This document shows, piece by piece, positions 11,301 through 25,495 of a stretch of DNA of 64,000 nucleotides. Source of the stretch: Lama guanicoe (taxonomy: Eukaryota); assembly GCA_013239625.1 (NCBI GenBank), contig MU053911.1, positions 943,590 through 1,007,589 of the forward strand, written 5' to 3'. Within the stretch, counting starts at the first letter, position 1, and the number at the start of each line of letters is the position of its first letter. The notes beneath the pieces are model-generated. The model was not told the DNA's origin and ran no database searches. It was given only the letters and a program-made list of their open reading frames with translations. The translations under genes and the position numbers were made by a program.

Positions 11301-14300
11301 AGCCTAGAACACTTGTCCCTCTGTCTTGGTGTCACATCTGTTTCTTTCTTTAGCTTCTCTGGGTGTGTGATCATCATGTCTGAAATACATACGTTTCAAC
11401 AGAAGACGTAAAACCATGGCCCAAGACCGTGGAACCAGGAAGTGCCTGGAGAGCAGGTCGTGGGCAAATTTCTGCCTGACTTCTGATCTGGTGACGGAGG
11501 GAAGGCACCAGCTGCACTTGCCCCACCACCACCCCCGTGGCCAGGTCCGTCCCGCCCTCTCTTGCCCACCACCCGCGCCGAGCCTGCTCCCTGCCGGTCA
11601 CCACCGCGGCTACACCTCGAGTCTGCTTACCCGGCCTTTCCAAACCCCTGTCCCTTGTTTTCACTCATTTAACAGTGCTTGGTTTTGGGGTTTTTTTTTA
11701 CCAGATACTAGACACTATTGAATATTTTTAAATAAAATACTTTATAACTTATCTTTTTCCTGTTATTTCAAAGTTTTTCTAATGCCATCAGATCATTCAG
11801 GCTAAAGCTTATGTGCCTTATTTCAGTCAGTTTCCTGTCACTGGTAGGTTATCAAGGGAGTTCTAGAGACAATTTTTAAACCAAAGAGATGAATGTGTAG
11901 GGGTGGGAATGGCTAATAACACGGCAGCCTGGTGAAGGAATTATTTTGGACGTGGCGGGAGGCCCTTGGCAACCCAAAAAGTCACACACAGAGGGTGGCC
12001 ACCTGTCAGCCAAAGCCGTCGGTCTCGCCCTGCGTGCTTCCTGCGCTTGGAGACTGCAGGGCAATGGCCCCCTGAGGAATAAGTGAAGAGCTTTGCTACG
12101 CTTACTCCGAGGTCATTCAACTAAGAATTTAACAAAATTCCAATTTCTTAAAATTATACTTCTTCTAAAACAGAAGGTGACTGTGTTATCTGGAGGGTGA
12201 TCACCCAGGGTAGGAGCCTAGAACGTCAAGCTGGAGGACCTTCGAGATCAGGGACCAGACTTCCCTACAGGGAAGGTTAAGAGCAGGTCCCTTGGAGTCG
12301 AGAAGACCTTGAGCTTGGACCTGGCTCTTACTAATTCCATGACAAGTCCTGGATTCCACATGAGTAAAATATAAGAATATCACCAGGTGATGTGAGAGTT
12401 AAAGGCAAAAAAATCTGACATGGACTGGAACGGAAGACTTTGATCACTTCACATGGTGCAGGCGACAACGCCTGCCACTCTCGCCCGGGCCCCACTTGCC
12501 GCTCGTTATGCTGCTCTGTGCTAAAACCCGGTCCAGCCTAGAGCATCCACAGATGCAGGAAGAGGACGGGCTGTGGGAAAGGCCAAGGTAATTAAAACAG
12601 TCCCCGGGAGATGAAGGAGCCTTATCCACCAGCAAACAAGGTAGATTCTCGGCAATTAGGCAAATCAGGACGATGAGGAAAAAGTGGTCAGAGAGGAAGG
12701 CCTTCACAAGCTTCACCAGCTGCTAAGGATGCCGCGCGCGCCCAGCCGACGCCGCAGCAGCAAACCTGAGGCCTGCTCTCCTGGCCCTAAGTCCCAGGTG
12801 AATTCCGAGACACGAGTAACACTTGAAACAGGTTCCCTGTGGGTCCAAAAAAGTCCAAAAAAAGGGCAGTTAAAAGGCGTCTTGGAGATCCCAGATCCTC
12901 ACTGAGAGGAGGAATCCTCACTCTGCCGGGGGGGATCTGAGGCCTTGGGCGTGGCTCTCAGGGCTGTGCCCGCGATTCACGCAGACTCGAGGTGACACCA
13001 CCTCCCGCCTCCTGTTGTGGGTGCCAATCTCTGAAACAATGTCACTCAGGAAACAGGAAACTCGGGAATGTTTGAAGAAAAAATAGTATTTCTTTAGAGA
13101 AGAAGCTCCAAATAAGAGGAAACGGAGGTAGCACAGGCCTCTCCTCATTAACTGATAAGAAGTGTTCTGAAAAACCCGCATCGCTCACCCATCTTCTGCG
13201 AGGCCATTCTTTACCTCAGAATAAAGAGGGTTTCAAATATTTAACAAATGCAGCTAATTATTCAAAAAGAGCTGCATCTCTAACACAAGGCCTGAGAGAA
13301 TCATTTTTAAACATTCCTTTGTTTCCAACGTGCATCCCAAGAAGCTGAAACGGCACACGGGTTCGGGAAGAGGAGAAAACCCCAGCCTTCTTTCCAGGCC
13401 TGCACTCCACTCAGGAAATAAGTTAACTACTAAGCTAGTTCTGTTTTTAAAAAGCAAATGTAACCATGCCCTCTTTATGCCAAATGCATGCTTTCCTTGG
13501 GGGAAGAGGCGTCATTCTGTTTGAGGAACTGTTTGCTTGAGCTCAGAACTGCCCCCGGGCACGGTGTTATTGATAAATTCATTTTCTTAATACTCACCAC
13601 TTTGCGTTTGCAGCGTATCACAGGAGTCCGTGGGTAAGCCTCACAACGCCAGGGCACCACATCCGCATCGTCCAGAAAAGGCAACCTTATTCTGATGGGT
13701 TAACTCTTGCATCCGAAGCCGCAAAGGAATTTGACGAGACTTCTCACCGAAAACACCGCAACTGAGGTCACTTGCAGCCTGCAACGCTTTAAGATTCCGA
13801 TGCTTATCCGCATGGGTTTGCATGTACTTAGGGCACCTCCATGCCGAGAATAAAGGCCACTTCCTCGTGGGCGTGTAACGGTGCTGGCCTCCGCCTCCGT
13901 TCACTTCCTGGTGGCAGCGGGGACGGCGGAGGTCCCTGACGGCAGATCCGCGTCACTAAACCTGCACTGTGCTCTTTTCTCCCTTTTCACTGTTGAGGGC
14001 TAGTTGGTGGATTGGTTGGTTTGGGGCTGGTTCTTGCTGTTCGGTTGTGTGTGTCTTGGGGGTTTATTTGCACAGGGGGAGGGAAGAAAGCGGACGGCAG
14101 CTGAGATGAGGTGAGGAAAAGCGTGGCGTCTGGCGGCACGATGCTCAGGCACCTGTCCAGTGTTTGAGTAAAGACAGACCACACCAACTAAAGAAAGACC
14201 TGGTTTAGCAAAAAGACAAACTTAGTCTTCTGAGCCCACCCAGTGGGCTGGCATGTCCGTGTCCACGTCGGGGGCCCAGGACGACATGAACAGTCCCGTC

Positions 14301-16049
14301 TAGCCTTGTGGACCCAGAGCCCCGTCCTTTGCTGATTAGCTGCTCTACTCATTGGCCAATCTGCTGACTGCGTGTCCCTTCTATAGCTTCTATAGTGACC
14401 CTCCCTATAGCTCCCAGCACTCCAGGCGACCCAGAGCTCTCTAGGGGAAAGACGAAAACCAGTCACTCATCCCCAGGAAGCAGAATGGGCTTTTCTGTTT
14501 AAAAGTGTGTGTATTTACTTGAAGTTGTTTCATCACAAGGCACTGGGGGCTGTTGGGAGGTAAGAGGAGGGGGAGAGGCTGGATGAAGGATTTGGGGATC
14601 CAGCAGCAGGGTGAATGCAGAGAAGCACATACCATTCAGGAAACAGAGTGAGCCCCAGACTGTGGGTGCTGTGGACGGCCAGTAAAACCCACGGCAAGTC
14701 AGCGTTTACAGAGAGCACAGAGCCAGAGGCACACACTGTAAGACCATCCTTGTCTCACTCTCCATGTACATGGTGATTTGCCCGATTTAAGCAAAATCCC
14801 GAGTTGCGTTAATATTCCTCAATTCATGGGATTTGATGTTCATTAGAATCCATGGTTTATTTGCCAAGATGTGTGGCAAACGGCCAAAGAAGGGATAACT
14901 CTAACTACAACTCAGCGGGGAAAGGAGTAATTTTCCCTCGACCAAAACTTTTCAAATAAAAAAAAAATTTGGATTTTGAATGTGGAAATAATTCCAAGAC
15001 TCTTTAAATTGCAATTATTCTGAAACTCTCTGTAGGCGCCGCTGCTCTTTGTTTTCTTGGCATACAGTGTTTTGTTCTCATGTATCTCTATTAAGATTAC
15101 TTCATCATCAGTCTGGTAAAAAGTGCTATTTTGACTCAATTTTCCCTAAAAATCAGGATATGGTTTTTATATGTTTACAAACATACATGCGGGGTTGCAG
15201 GAGAGGTGGAGAGATGGAACAGAGACTGAAGAAGGAGGGAGAAAGAAAGATGGCAGCCAGACAGAGGGACGTGAGGGTCAGGCTCTAGGACCGACAGACT
15301 GAATCGTCTTCAAGCCTCAGCTAACTCTGAGAACTGTACTTTGTGTACCACTGGCGTCGGGGGTGGGGGAATGGAAACAAGCCCTCTTTTCCGGGACAAG
15401 TCTCAAGACCTCCTGTGTGTATAAACGACACATCTCGGGGATATGAGAGACCAACTCAGGGTCGGACTGTTACAAACCTCCAGGGCCCTTTTCAAGGCAG
15501 ACAAGCCCAAAGGAGGGGACAGCGTTTTTGTGGAGACTTAAATACCTCTTCAGAGTCACAGAAAACTGCGGGTGTTTCCGTGTTAAATTTCTTAGCATTT
15601 ATCCAGAGGCAGAAGAGGCAGCTTCTGTCTCTGTGTCTCTGTTAAAAATCCTGCTGCAGTTACACATCTGTCAAAACTCGTCAGGTTGCACGTCTGAAAC
15701 ATGTGTAGTCCACTGTGCAAGAGCCGTAGCGCCATAAAGGTGTTAAATACATAAATAAAAATCTTGCTGCAGACAGTGAAAGAAGGGCCCGCAGGTTCCC
15801 CCCCCCCCACCTCCGGCCTGGTCTCCACACACCACGCCCGCTCCCTTCCCTCTCGGCTTTTCTCACCCTCCCCGCCTCTCAAATCTTATCCTCACTCCAA
15901 GGCTGCCTCCCTGCACACCTCCCTCTGAAGCCATCCTCCCATCAAAGGAAACTCTCCTCTCTTCCCACATCTGAGATCACACAGTGCTTGTACCAACTCG
16001 TACCAAACGTTTGTCCCTTAATCACACGCAGTCTCAACCTTTCTGCAAA

Positions 16050-16230
16050 TAAAGCCCTGGGTCTCCGTCTAGACTGCAAATTCCTTGAAGAAAGGCAGGA
16101 TAAGTTCTCGCCCTCCCTCTGCGACTGGCCTCCCCCGGGGGGGGGGCGGCATTTAGCAGGGCTTTGTGTACCTGGCTGGCGCTTAACAGATACCTCAGGA
16201 GTAGACGAACCCATGCATTAGTGAATCAGC
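16050..16230 (+). mobile_element. L2 3' end fragment
   Basis: ctagactgcaaattccttgaag..ggcagga...cctggc..gcgcttaac pattern. Confidence 0.45.
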
Positions 16231-18499
16231 ACGGCAAACGCAGCTGTGGTGCAAAAGCAGATAGTAAGAAGCAGGGTTCTTTAACAGGCTAAGTGGTTTG
16301 TGAGCGGACACAGGAGAGTCCTGGCTCAGGGCGAGAGCACAGACCTAGGACGGGACCCACGGTCAAGCCTGGATCCCCATTGTGAATTTGCCTCCCGGAG
16401 AGGGGCTGCTGAGTGCCTCCGGGGGAGCGGCGGGCAGCCCCTGCAGCCCCAGAAGCCCGCGGGTGGGGCCGGCTGCAGGGAGACAGAGTGGGCTAGGTGG
16501 GCGGCCTAGGTGGGCGGCCGGAGTCGGGTAAGAGCCGACGCAGAGGTTTAGAGCCAAGAGTTTGGAAGCTGATGCAGAAATGGAATGAGTGGCCTGTGTG
16601 AACTTCTGTTCAGGTTTGGTGTGAACCTAAAACTAATCCAAAACTTGAAGTGTTAAACAACAAAGCTCATTAACTTTCAAAAAATGAAATCATAACTCTT
16701 CTCCAACCTCAAAAGCGCCAAAGTTCGCAGTGTCATTCTCCATCAGAGCAGTCGAAACACGACTGGGATTTGTCTAGATTCAGAACGTTGTAAATTCAAA
16801 TTATCCTGCATTTAAAATTCTAAAACCACTGACACCTATTGATGTGCCAGGAGTGAGAGCGGGAAGCCAGCCCTTCCACACGCCCCGAAGTTATGAGAGT
16901 CTGGAACGTGGCGATGTGGAGGCCCCGCCCCCGACAGCAGTGGGTGCATCAGACAGCACCGCCCCTGCCCCAAAGCCAAAGGGGAACTGCTCACAAACAA
17001 GGACGCCTACCGGCTCTGTGGTCCACACCACGATGTGACTTTAAAGGAACAGCTGTGGCTATTGTTGCTGCTGCTGCTGAGCAGATACAACTGCCACATC
17101 GTGGCCTGACCAGAGATGCCCCCGGCTTGTCTCAGGCAGGGCCCCCTTGCCCCATCGTGCACACAGGGGAATGGCACTTCCATCTCTCGAATGTTCTTTG
17201 TCGGAGCACACAAAGGAAAGGCAAGAGCTGCTACCCTGACGACAAAAGGGAAACCCGCCTTCTGCTTTTGATGTGCTATTTCAGGCAGATGTGGTTTGGG
17301 TCCAACTCATGGCACTGACGGCCCAGTTTGTCACACCATGAACTGGCGTCTGTGCGAGACTCAGCGCAGAGAGTCCCACAAACGGCGCTGTTCCTGCGGT
17401 GGCGGCATCTGTGGAGTTCAAGGTAAAGCATGTATTTCACATGGTGGACCACGGCAAAGCAAAAGCATTTTAATCCAGTCTGTAACATAGAGCTGGGCTT
17501 TCCAGGCAGTAACTAATGTCAAAAATTGGTACTAAATTCATGAGAAAGATTTCATCCTAGGAAAATTCACCTATGCTATGTTCAGCTGGTGTGGGAAACG
17601 ATCACTGTTGTCTAACTTCGTTGGTGAGATGCGTCAGTCCCGTCTAGGGAGGAGTGGCTCCATGGGGCTTAGACTAAGGGCAGTCTATGCGCACTTGCTT
17701 TCTCAGCTAATGGTGATGTGTATATACGTCTAATGCTGCAAAGTTTAGGTCTGCTTTAAACATCTCGACTTTAAACAAGACAGCGTCAGGAGCAAGCAGG
17801 GAAATGGCATCCAGTTTATGTTAGGTGCGTTTGTTAAGCCCGGACGATCTGCCAGGTGCTGCATTAAGCGCTGAAAATAAGGACAGCCACGGCCTGAAGA
17901 CAGTTCCTGGTCTGAACGTGTGATTTCCTAAACTGAGATCTTTGGGAAATCGTGATCAACACAAAACAACTTTTTCTTAATTCACTTTTCTTCAACAAAA
18001 CTCTCTCTTACTGAAGAGAAGGCACATGGATTAAAGGAGGTGAAGACACTGCATTTCCCAACAGGTGATGCTGATAAAAGTGTGAGCACTGCCGGACTGT
18101 GCAGTGCTCAGGCACCGCCCCGGGCACTGTCCCTGACGCCGCGCCTGTGAGTTCGCGGCCACGTTGGCAGTGGGGCCCCACGCTGGCCACTCCCTCTGCA
18201 GCCGTTTCCCTGTGAATAAAGCTTCTACTTACAAGGAGGCTGGTGGCATTTAGGAACCTCTGGGTGGCAACTTTCTCCACACAGGTTATTTATCAAAGAG
18301 GAGGTAGAGCCGTGACCTAGGGATCCCCCCTTCACGTTAAGCCAGGTAAGAAGACGGTGTTTCTCCCGTCTCCACCGGCAGGTGGCTGGTTTCTTCCTCG
18401 TGCCCCAAGGAAGAGATGAAAACATGAGTCTGAAATGAATCTTTGCTCCTTCTGCTTCTCCTGAGGAGGCTCCCTCCTGTCTTTCTGGGACCTGTGCTC

Positions 18500-18900
18500 T
18501 GAGATGAAGAAGTCAATGGGCGAGCTAAGAGCAGACTGACACCACATAAGAAAGGGTCTCTGAACTCAAAGACGGACACACTGAACATTTCCAAGTCAAA
18601 ACACTGAAAAGTGAAAACAACTGGACAGAGCATGAGAGGCTCTGGAATAACTCTGTAATACAGGTAACTGGAGTCCCAGAAAGAGAGACGAGCGAGGATG
18701 GACAGAATACATAGCAGCCAGAATTGGTTTCAAAATTCATGACCCAAGATTGGCAAACCCCAGCAGGACTTAAACAGAAGAAGAAGAAACAAAAAGCACA
18801 GAGGCGCTTCATGATCAAATTGCTGAAACTCGGACAAAAACAATGCAAACGGTGCACCGACGTCTGCAATGTGCTTAAAGAAAATTCTGTCCACTTACAA
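18500..18900 (+). mobile_element. Old L1 ORF1 remnant
   Basis: Degenerate ORF1-like stretch (gcagactgacacca...gaactcaaagac...actggagtcccagaaagag). Confidence 0.55.
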
Positions 18901-20266
18901 TTCCACGTCCAGTGGCAGTGTCCTTCAAAGTCCCGTGGAAAGCCCAGCCAGCACGCTTCAAACGTCCTAAATCTGACAGCACCCCTCCGTGATCGCACGT
19001 TGGTCTCAGTTTCCCACAACGGAATCGTTTCTAAGACCTTCAACTGCAGTGAATCACTCCCTCCCCACAGCAGTCTTTTCTTAAGCACGCTCATTTTCTG
19101 TTCTCACCACACTTGTCTCTCTACTGATCCTTCACCATCAACTTAAATAGTCTTCAGGTATTTCCATCGTGATATACAAAAGAAGAACACACCTAATGCT
19201 GTGTCTCCTAGCTACAACCCCTTCTTACCATCTTTCAGAGCCACGTTCTTCAGAGGGACACCTACATGTATGCGCTGGTGCACTGCACCTGGTCTGTGCG
19301 TCCGAGGGCAGCGTGACATCCTCCCACACACCATCAGCCTCCCCGCTACCACCCCTGATGGTGCCTTGTCAACTGAGCAGGTGTTTTTCAGAATCCTCCT
19401 AAGCTTCCAGCAGCACTGACCCCTGCTGACCACTCTTCTAGGAATTTTCTCCTCCTTCGGCTGCCTTCCTGCATCCCTGACCAACCTCTTTCAGTTTCCT
19501 CTGTAATATTTACTCTCCTCTGTATCATTTTTCCTCCCCTCCCAAGTGTTGTGGGTCCAGGAGTGCGATGCCTGCTCTAACATCTGTACTTTAACAGGGC
19601 TGGTAATAAAGGATCGTGCATCATTTGTCTGCACATGAGTGTCTGAACATAGTAATGATAGGAAATAAAGATGACTCTTTCTGCTGCAGTGCATGCCAGC
19701 AAGTCACAAGGGAGAGTGACTTAACTTTGAAAATGATGATTCTCTAAATTTTGAGAAAGGAGAGAAGTTAAAAAAAAAAAAGCTGTACACTTTTGCTCTT
19801 TCAGTCACTGTAATCATAACAAAAATTCTAGTTTCTATGTAAATTAAACCAGTTTTTCCTACTGTCAGTTACAAACTGTTATTCAATCCCTATGTTTTTG
19901 AGCATCTTTCAAAGTGACATTGGAATTCTTTCAATCTTATCTTGTTGTTTGCTTGTACCAACTTATATTAAAATATTAGTCTCCACATCCTACCTATGAA
20001 GAAAACAGCCACCTACAAAGAAATTTATTCCAACTTATGGTGCTTTGCTAACTGTTTTACAGCAGCGTGACTGTTCTGTCTGAGCCTATGATGTAGGAAT
20101 GTGGTTTTTTCAGTTATCTGTTGCCACAAAAACGCTGCATAATAAAAAATCACAAGCATCAGTGGCCGACAAGAGGAAGTGTCCACTCCGCCCACAAGTC
20201 AGAGGTGGACTGGGCAGTTCTGCTGCGTCACCGCAGGGTCTGCGCTCTGACACAGCAGACAAACAA

Positions 20267-20523
20267 GGTCACTGGGGGGAAGCGGTGGGGAGGGACACAT
20301 GGGGGGTTCGAGATGTACAGATACTAACTACTGTATTTAAAATGGATAAAAAAGCAGATTTCTTCTGTACAGCACAGGAAACTATATTCGATAACTTGCA
20401 GTAACCTATAAAGAAAAAGAATATGAAAAGGAATGTACGTCTGTATGTGCATGACTGGGACAAGATGCTGGACACCAGACACTGGCACATTGTAACTGAC
20501 TGTACTTCAATTTAAAAAAAAAA
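20267..20523 (+). mobile_element. L1 3' tail inserted into an MLT-like LTR remnant
   Basis: atgactgggac...ctggacaccagacactggcacattgtaactgactgtacttcaattt(a)n. Flanks aggtggactggg / ggatggattgactggg. Confidence 0.75.
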
Positions 20524-20699
20524 GGATGGATTGACTGGGGGCTGGCTATTCCTGGGTGGTCTCCACTTCCCTCCAGTGGACTGGCCCAGGCTCCTTCTCA
20601 TCGCGGGGGCAGGGGAAGGGTACCAGGGTGGTTGGGCACCTGCCCCGGGATGCTCCGACTAAAGGAGGAGGGAGTCAGGTGCTGAGGTGATGACATCAT

Positions 20700-22810
20700 T
20701 CAATGACACCAGCACAAACCTGGTTGAGCCTCGCCTCCTCCCACGGACACCCCAAAACTGCAACTCCAGACAGAGTGACCATCTCTGAGAAAGACCAGAA
20801 GACTAACAGAAAAGATTTTCCAACACAAAGGATAAGAAGAAAAAGCCACATTGAGGTGGGGGTGCGGAGAGGTAGTCTGGCCAGTCCCACTGCCCAGCGC
20901 AGGGACCCACAGGCGGGGGCGCATCAAGCAGCATGCAGCCTCTCCCAGGAGCAAGGCGTCCAAGCACCACGTCAGGCTCCCCAGCCTGAGGACCTGCGCC
21001 AGAGGACGAGGCCCCGAACGTCTGGCTTTGGGAACCGGCGGGGGTCACGTCTAGGAGAGCGGGAGGGCTGTAGGAAACTGAGACTTCGCTCTCCAAGTCT
21101 GCATGCAAAACCTCAGTTGCTCTGAGTCCTAGCACCGAGGCAGTGGTTTGTAAAGTGCCTAGGTGGTGTGTGAAGGGGTACTCATGGGCTAATTTTGGGT
21201 GTGTGCCCAAGGGGTACAGAATTGCTGATGGATGCCACTTTTGGGGGGCAGTTTTTTGCTCACCTTCTAGCTACTCTGGCCCTGGGGGTGCCATTTCTGA
21301 CTCTCCCGTCTGCCTTACTAGCACTGCTCACCCCATCCCAGATTCACCTGTGAACCCACTCTGGCCAGCACTGCCCCAAGGTGGCTTCCTGCCCCAAGAC
21401 CTGGTGGGCACCTTCAGCTGACACCAAAGCCCCACCAAAATGGCCCCATGGCCCCCAGACCCAGTGGATGCCCTTGGCCGGTGCTGGAGGCCCTCCAAAG
21501 TGGCCCCTGCCCTACAACTTGTGGGTGTCCTCAGCCAGGGCCAGCATCTCCCCCAAAGCAGCTCCCACCCTGGGGGCCAGCCCCAGACACTAGAGCACCC
21601 ACAACAGTCGCGGCGAAGCCCGGTAGCCTCTGGGCCAGTGCCAGCCCGGCACACTAGGAGGCCTGCAGGAATCGCCCCCTAGTCACTACGGGGGGCACAC
21701 TCAGCCCACACAGGGGACACTCCTGTGGAGCGACCAGACTCTGGTGGCCAGGGAGGACTGCACTACCGAGCCCGCAGGACACCTTCAACAGAAGCCCCTC
21801 CTCCAAGACCGGAGATGCAGCTGCCCCACCTGACACAGAGAAACACACACAGAGAGTCAGACTGAGCGAGGAGACAGAGGGGTGTGTCCCAGACAAAGAA
21901 CCAGAAAGAGCCTCAGAAAAAGAACCAAGCCGAAAGGAGATAAGCAAGCCTCCAGCTAAAGAGTCCGAGGTAGCGGTCGTGAAGATGCTCCCTGAACTCA
22001 GGAGAACGGAGGGCAGAGTGAGGGCTGCGCCCGAGACAGAAGACACTGCGACGAGCCGGCCAGAGCGGAAGAACAGAAAACCGAATGAAACTGCGGTTCA
22101 ACAGATGCAGCTGTCAGACGCTAGAAGGACACAGAGGAGGAAAGCTGCTCACGTGGTTTCAGTAATTTTTTCTGTATGTCTCCTTAAGGGCAACAGCAGC
22201 AGAAACAAGCAAAGGAGGCAACATGAAACTAAAAATGTTTGCACACTGAAGGAAACTGTCAACAAAACAAAAGGCAACCTACTGAACGGGAGACATGTTT
22301 GCAAATTATGTATCTGATCAGGGGTTAGTATCCAAATGTAAGTAGCTCAACAATTCGGTGTCCAAAAACAGAAATCTAGTTGAAAAACGGGCAGGACTCA
22401 AATGGGTATTTCTTCGCAGAAGACGCCAGACAGAGGGAAAGGTGCTCAGCCTCCCGGGTCATCAAAGGCGTGCAAATCAAAACCCTCACAGCTGGTAGCA
22501 TGGCTGTTACCAAAAAGACAACAAGTAACCAACGTTGGCGAGAAAAGGGGGCCCTCGCGCCCTGTTGGTGGGCGTGTAGACTGGCGGGGCCACTGTGGAG
22601 AACAGTATGGAGGTTCCTCAAGGAATTAAAGACAGAACTGCCACGTGATTCAGCAATGCCACCACTGGGCGTTTACCTGAAGGAAGTAAAAACACTAATT
22701 CAAAAAGATACACGCACCCCTGTGTTTATAGCAGCATTATTTATGAGAGCCAAGAACTGAAAGCAATCCCAGCAGCTGGCGACAGATGAAGGGACAAAGA
22801 CGACGCGACA
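20700..22810 (+). mobile_element. Internally deleted L1: 5'UTR + ORF1 start joined to ORF2 3' part
   Basis: 5'-end-like ctcgcctcctcccacggacac...ctctgagaaagaccagaagactaacagaaaagattttcc. ORF1 N-terminus-like sequence at about 21850-22130. ORF2 C-terminal remnant at 22190-22800 (PLWRTVWRFLKELKTELP.D.A.P.LG.Y.KE). Confidence 0.75.
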
Positions 22811-23845
22811 CACACGTGGTGGACTCGGCAGGGCTGGGCTGACACTTGGCTCAGGAAGGTGAGACCGGGTAGCTACCACGGACCGGCCACATCACACAGC
22901 ACCAGCCAAGCTTCCACCACTGTCGCCGCCAAGCGTTACCCAAGTAAGGTCTCACTTCGTCTTCCAAACAACCCAAGTAAGGGACCCTGTGGCCATTTTT
23001 CTCGTGGGGACATTGTAATGTAAAGAAAATGAATAGCTTAGTGAAGCAGACATAGCACGTTCAAAATACCTAATTCCAAAATCTTTCTTCTACAACAGAA
23101 ATTTAGAAAACAGATTCGGCCATTTATGACATCATTAGAGAGGACTCTATCCTTCTAATTTCTCTTGGTTTCACCACCAACTCATAACCACTGGTGCCAA
23201 GCAGATCTTTCAGGACAAATGTAAATATTTGAATACTGTGTATTTGTAAACAGGTCTAAACTATTATCATTTTCAAATAGCAGTAAGAGTCAGAAATCAA
23301 AGCTTTCTGGATAACGTCTTCCTTGCGATGCCGTGAGAATCCACTCACGTGAGACAGACACACCTTCTTTAAATACATTATCACAATACATTTAAATCAG
23401 ACAAGTAAACAATCGTCGATGTGCCTGGAGACTCTTCACTGAAGCGCTGCTTATAATGATTAAAAAACAGAACCAGCCCAATGCCCAATATGGTCCTGGT
23501 TCCATAAATTGTGAGTGGATTTTCAAAAATAAAATTATTTTCATGATATGAAAGATGGTGTAATAATGATATGTATAAAAATTATACATTTATAAAAATA
23601 GGCACTGTGTGATCTAATATTTGTTAACACACACACAGACGGTTGGAATCTAACCAAAACAGAATGGAGATCATATTTGAGTGGTTGATTGTGGATAGTA
23701 GTGTTTGTGTGTGTGTGTGTGCAAATAAATATATATATTTGTGTTTATCCAAATTTTATAAATGTTACATATGAATGCTTATAAATACTCCATAAAGAAT
23801 ACATATTTTATTTTACAAGAATAAAATAAAAGCCCTTTTTAAACA

Positions 23846-24309
23846 CAGGTATCCCCTGCTTTTCGAAAGTTCACCTTATGCCACTTTGCTTTTACAGAAA
23901 AGCCTATACTGTGTATGACTGAAACATGATGCTGGACACCAGAAACTGACACACTGTAACTGACTGCACTTCAGTTTTTAAAAAAAACCTACACTAGTAC
24001 TGGGTTTTGCTAACCAAAAGAAATCCAAGGAGGATTTTCGCCTTTAGGAAAAAAGGCAAAACTTAAAAACAGTGTCCGGCTGTCAGTGAGGCACTGAGCG
24101 CAGCGCGCCAGCCTGCATCCCCGGACCCACTCTCAGCATCTCAGCCTTGAGCCACTGGAGCTGCGAGCTTGGCCCGAGGCATCTGTGCTTGAGCTCCATT
24201 TGTTCTGTGCATTTCTTAGCAAGATGTGTCCTCTGGAAGCTGCCTCTCGATTTACACTTCGCCGCAGCCTTCACGGGACGCTCTTCTTCCCCAGAGCAAG
24301 GAAACTGGC
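23846..24309 (+). mobile_element. Tigger-like non-autonomous DNA transposon with a nested L1 tail (about 23911-23985)
   Basis: TIR-like start caggtatcccctgcttttcgaaag and a degenerate inverted end. The L1 tail is flanked by TSD aaagcctatact / aaaacctacact. Confidence 0.6.
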
Positions 24310-25340
24310 ACAGCTTTATTTCACCAGGCGACACACCAGGAAACTGAGGTGTCAGGAGGCTCCGTTAGGCCTGCCAGTTTCCACAAAAGGAGCGAGAAGC
24401 CAGGGCCGAGACCCTGGGTCTCTAAGTCCGCGGTGCAGCCCTGGCCACGATTCAGTCGGCTGCGGTCCTCCATTATCTGGAAAATTAAAACTGATCGCGT
24501 CTGTCTAAACAGCGCTGAACTCTGCTCTAGCTAAGGCTCTTTCCCTCATTTGTATATATTAAAAACAACTTCAATTCAAATGAAACAGAAAAAAATGTTA
24601 AAAGCCTTTCTGACTGTCAGAGTAACGTCAGTGTAAACAACGGGAAAGAGCCCTTGGGTTGGTTTAATCTAAACAAACAAAAAAATTAAGAATTCAGCCT
24701 TGTTTCATTTTTCCCAGAAGATAGACTCATAATTAAACTTTTCACCTTTCCAAGTTACCGACGCTGTATCCTGCACGGTGGGTGGTTTCTTTCCAGACGT
24801 TCTGACTTGGAAGAATGCATAAAGCAGGACACTGAATGGAATTTATAGCTAAATTTAACCAGGCACATTTTAATAAGATTAGCATATCTTTGTCTTTCAA
24901 CACTTAATACCTTACAATTAGCTGAATTTAGACAGCATATTGTTCCATCAGACGTGAGACCCACAGCCTTCATTTCCATACTTCTTGGTGTCGTGTGTGG
25001 AAGGAAGTCTGAGTGAAATTCCTGTGTCTGCCCTCAGAGATTTCAGGCGCCCCGTGTGTCAGCCTTCCCCGGAAGCTCATGTCGACACACGGTCTCACCT
25101 AGTCAACGCTGGCTTCCAGGAAAATCCATCATGTTTTGCTGGAGGGAAAGAAAGAATTAAATAGGAACACCTAGATGCCACAGCCGAGAGATCTCGGTCT
25201 GGACAGAAAGGCACCCAGACGCCGTGAGAGAGGGAGCATGGCGGCGGGAAAGCCGTTCTCCCTGGAAACGCCTGGAAAGAATGTTTTCAGAACCTACTTC
25301 CTCATTACAATCAGGTGACCATATAAAACCCCCAAGTGCA

Positions 25341-25495
25341 GGGGGCAGGGCAGAGCTCAGCGGTAAAACACATGCTTAGTGTGCACGGGTCCAGGGTTCA
25401 ATCCCCAGTACCTCCATGAATAAAATAATAATAACAAATTAATAACTAAATAAACAAACCAAATAACCTCCCTCCAAAAAACAAACAAACAAGAA
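25341..25495 (+). mobile_element. tRNA-Ala-like SINE (camelid type)
   Basis: A box (agctcagcgg), B box (ggttcaatcc), A-rich tail. Diverged TSD ataaaacccccaagtg / ataaaatcctcaaatg. Confidence 0.85.

Noticed and set aside
22380..22760. 126-aa ORF with L1 ORF2 similarity
   Set aside because: Decayed retrotransposon fragment, not a gene.
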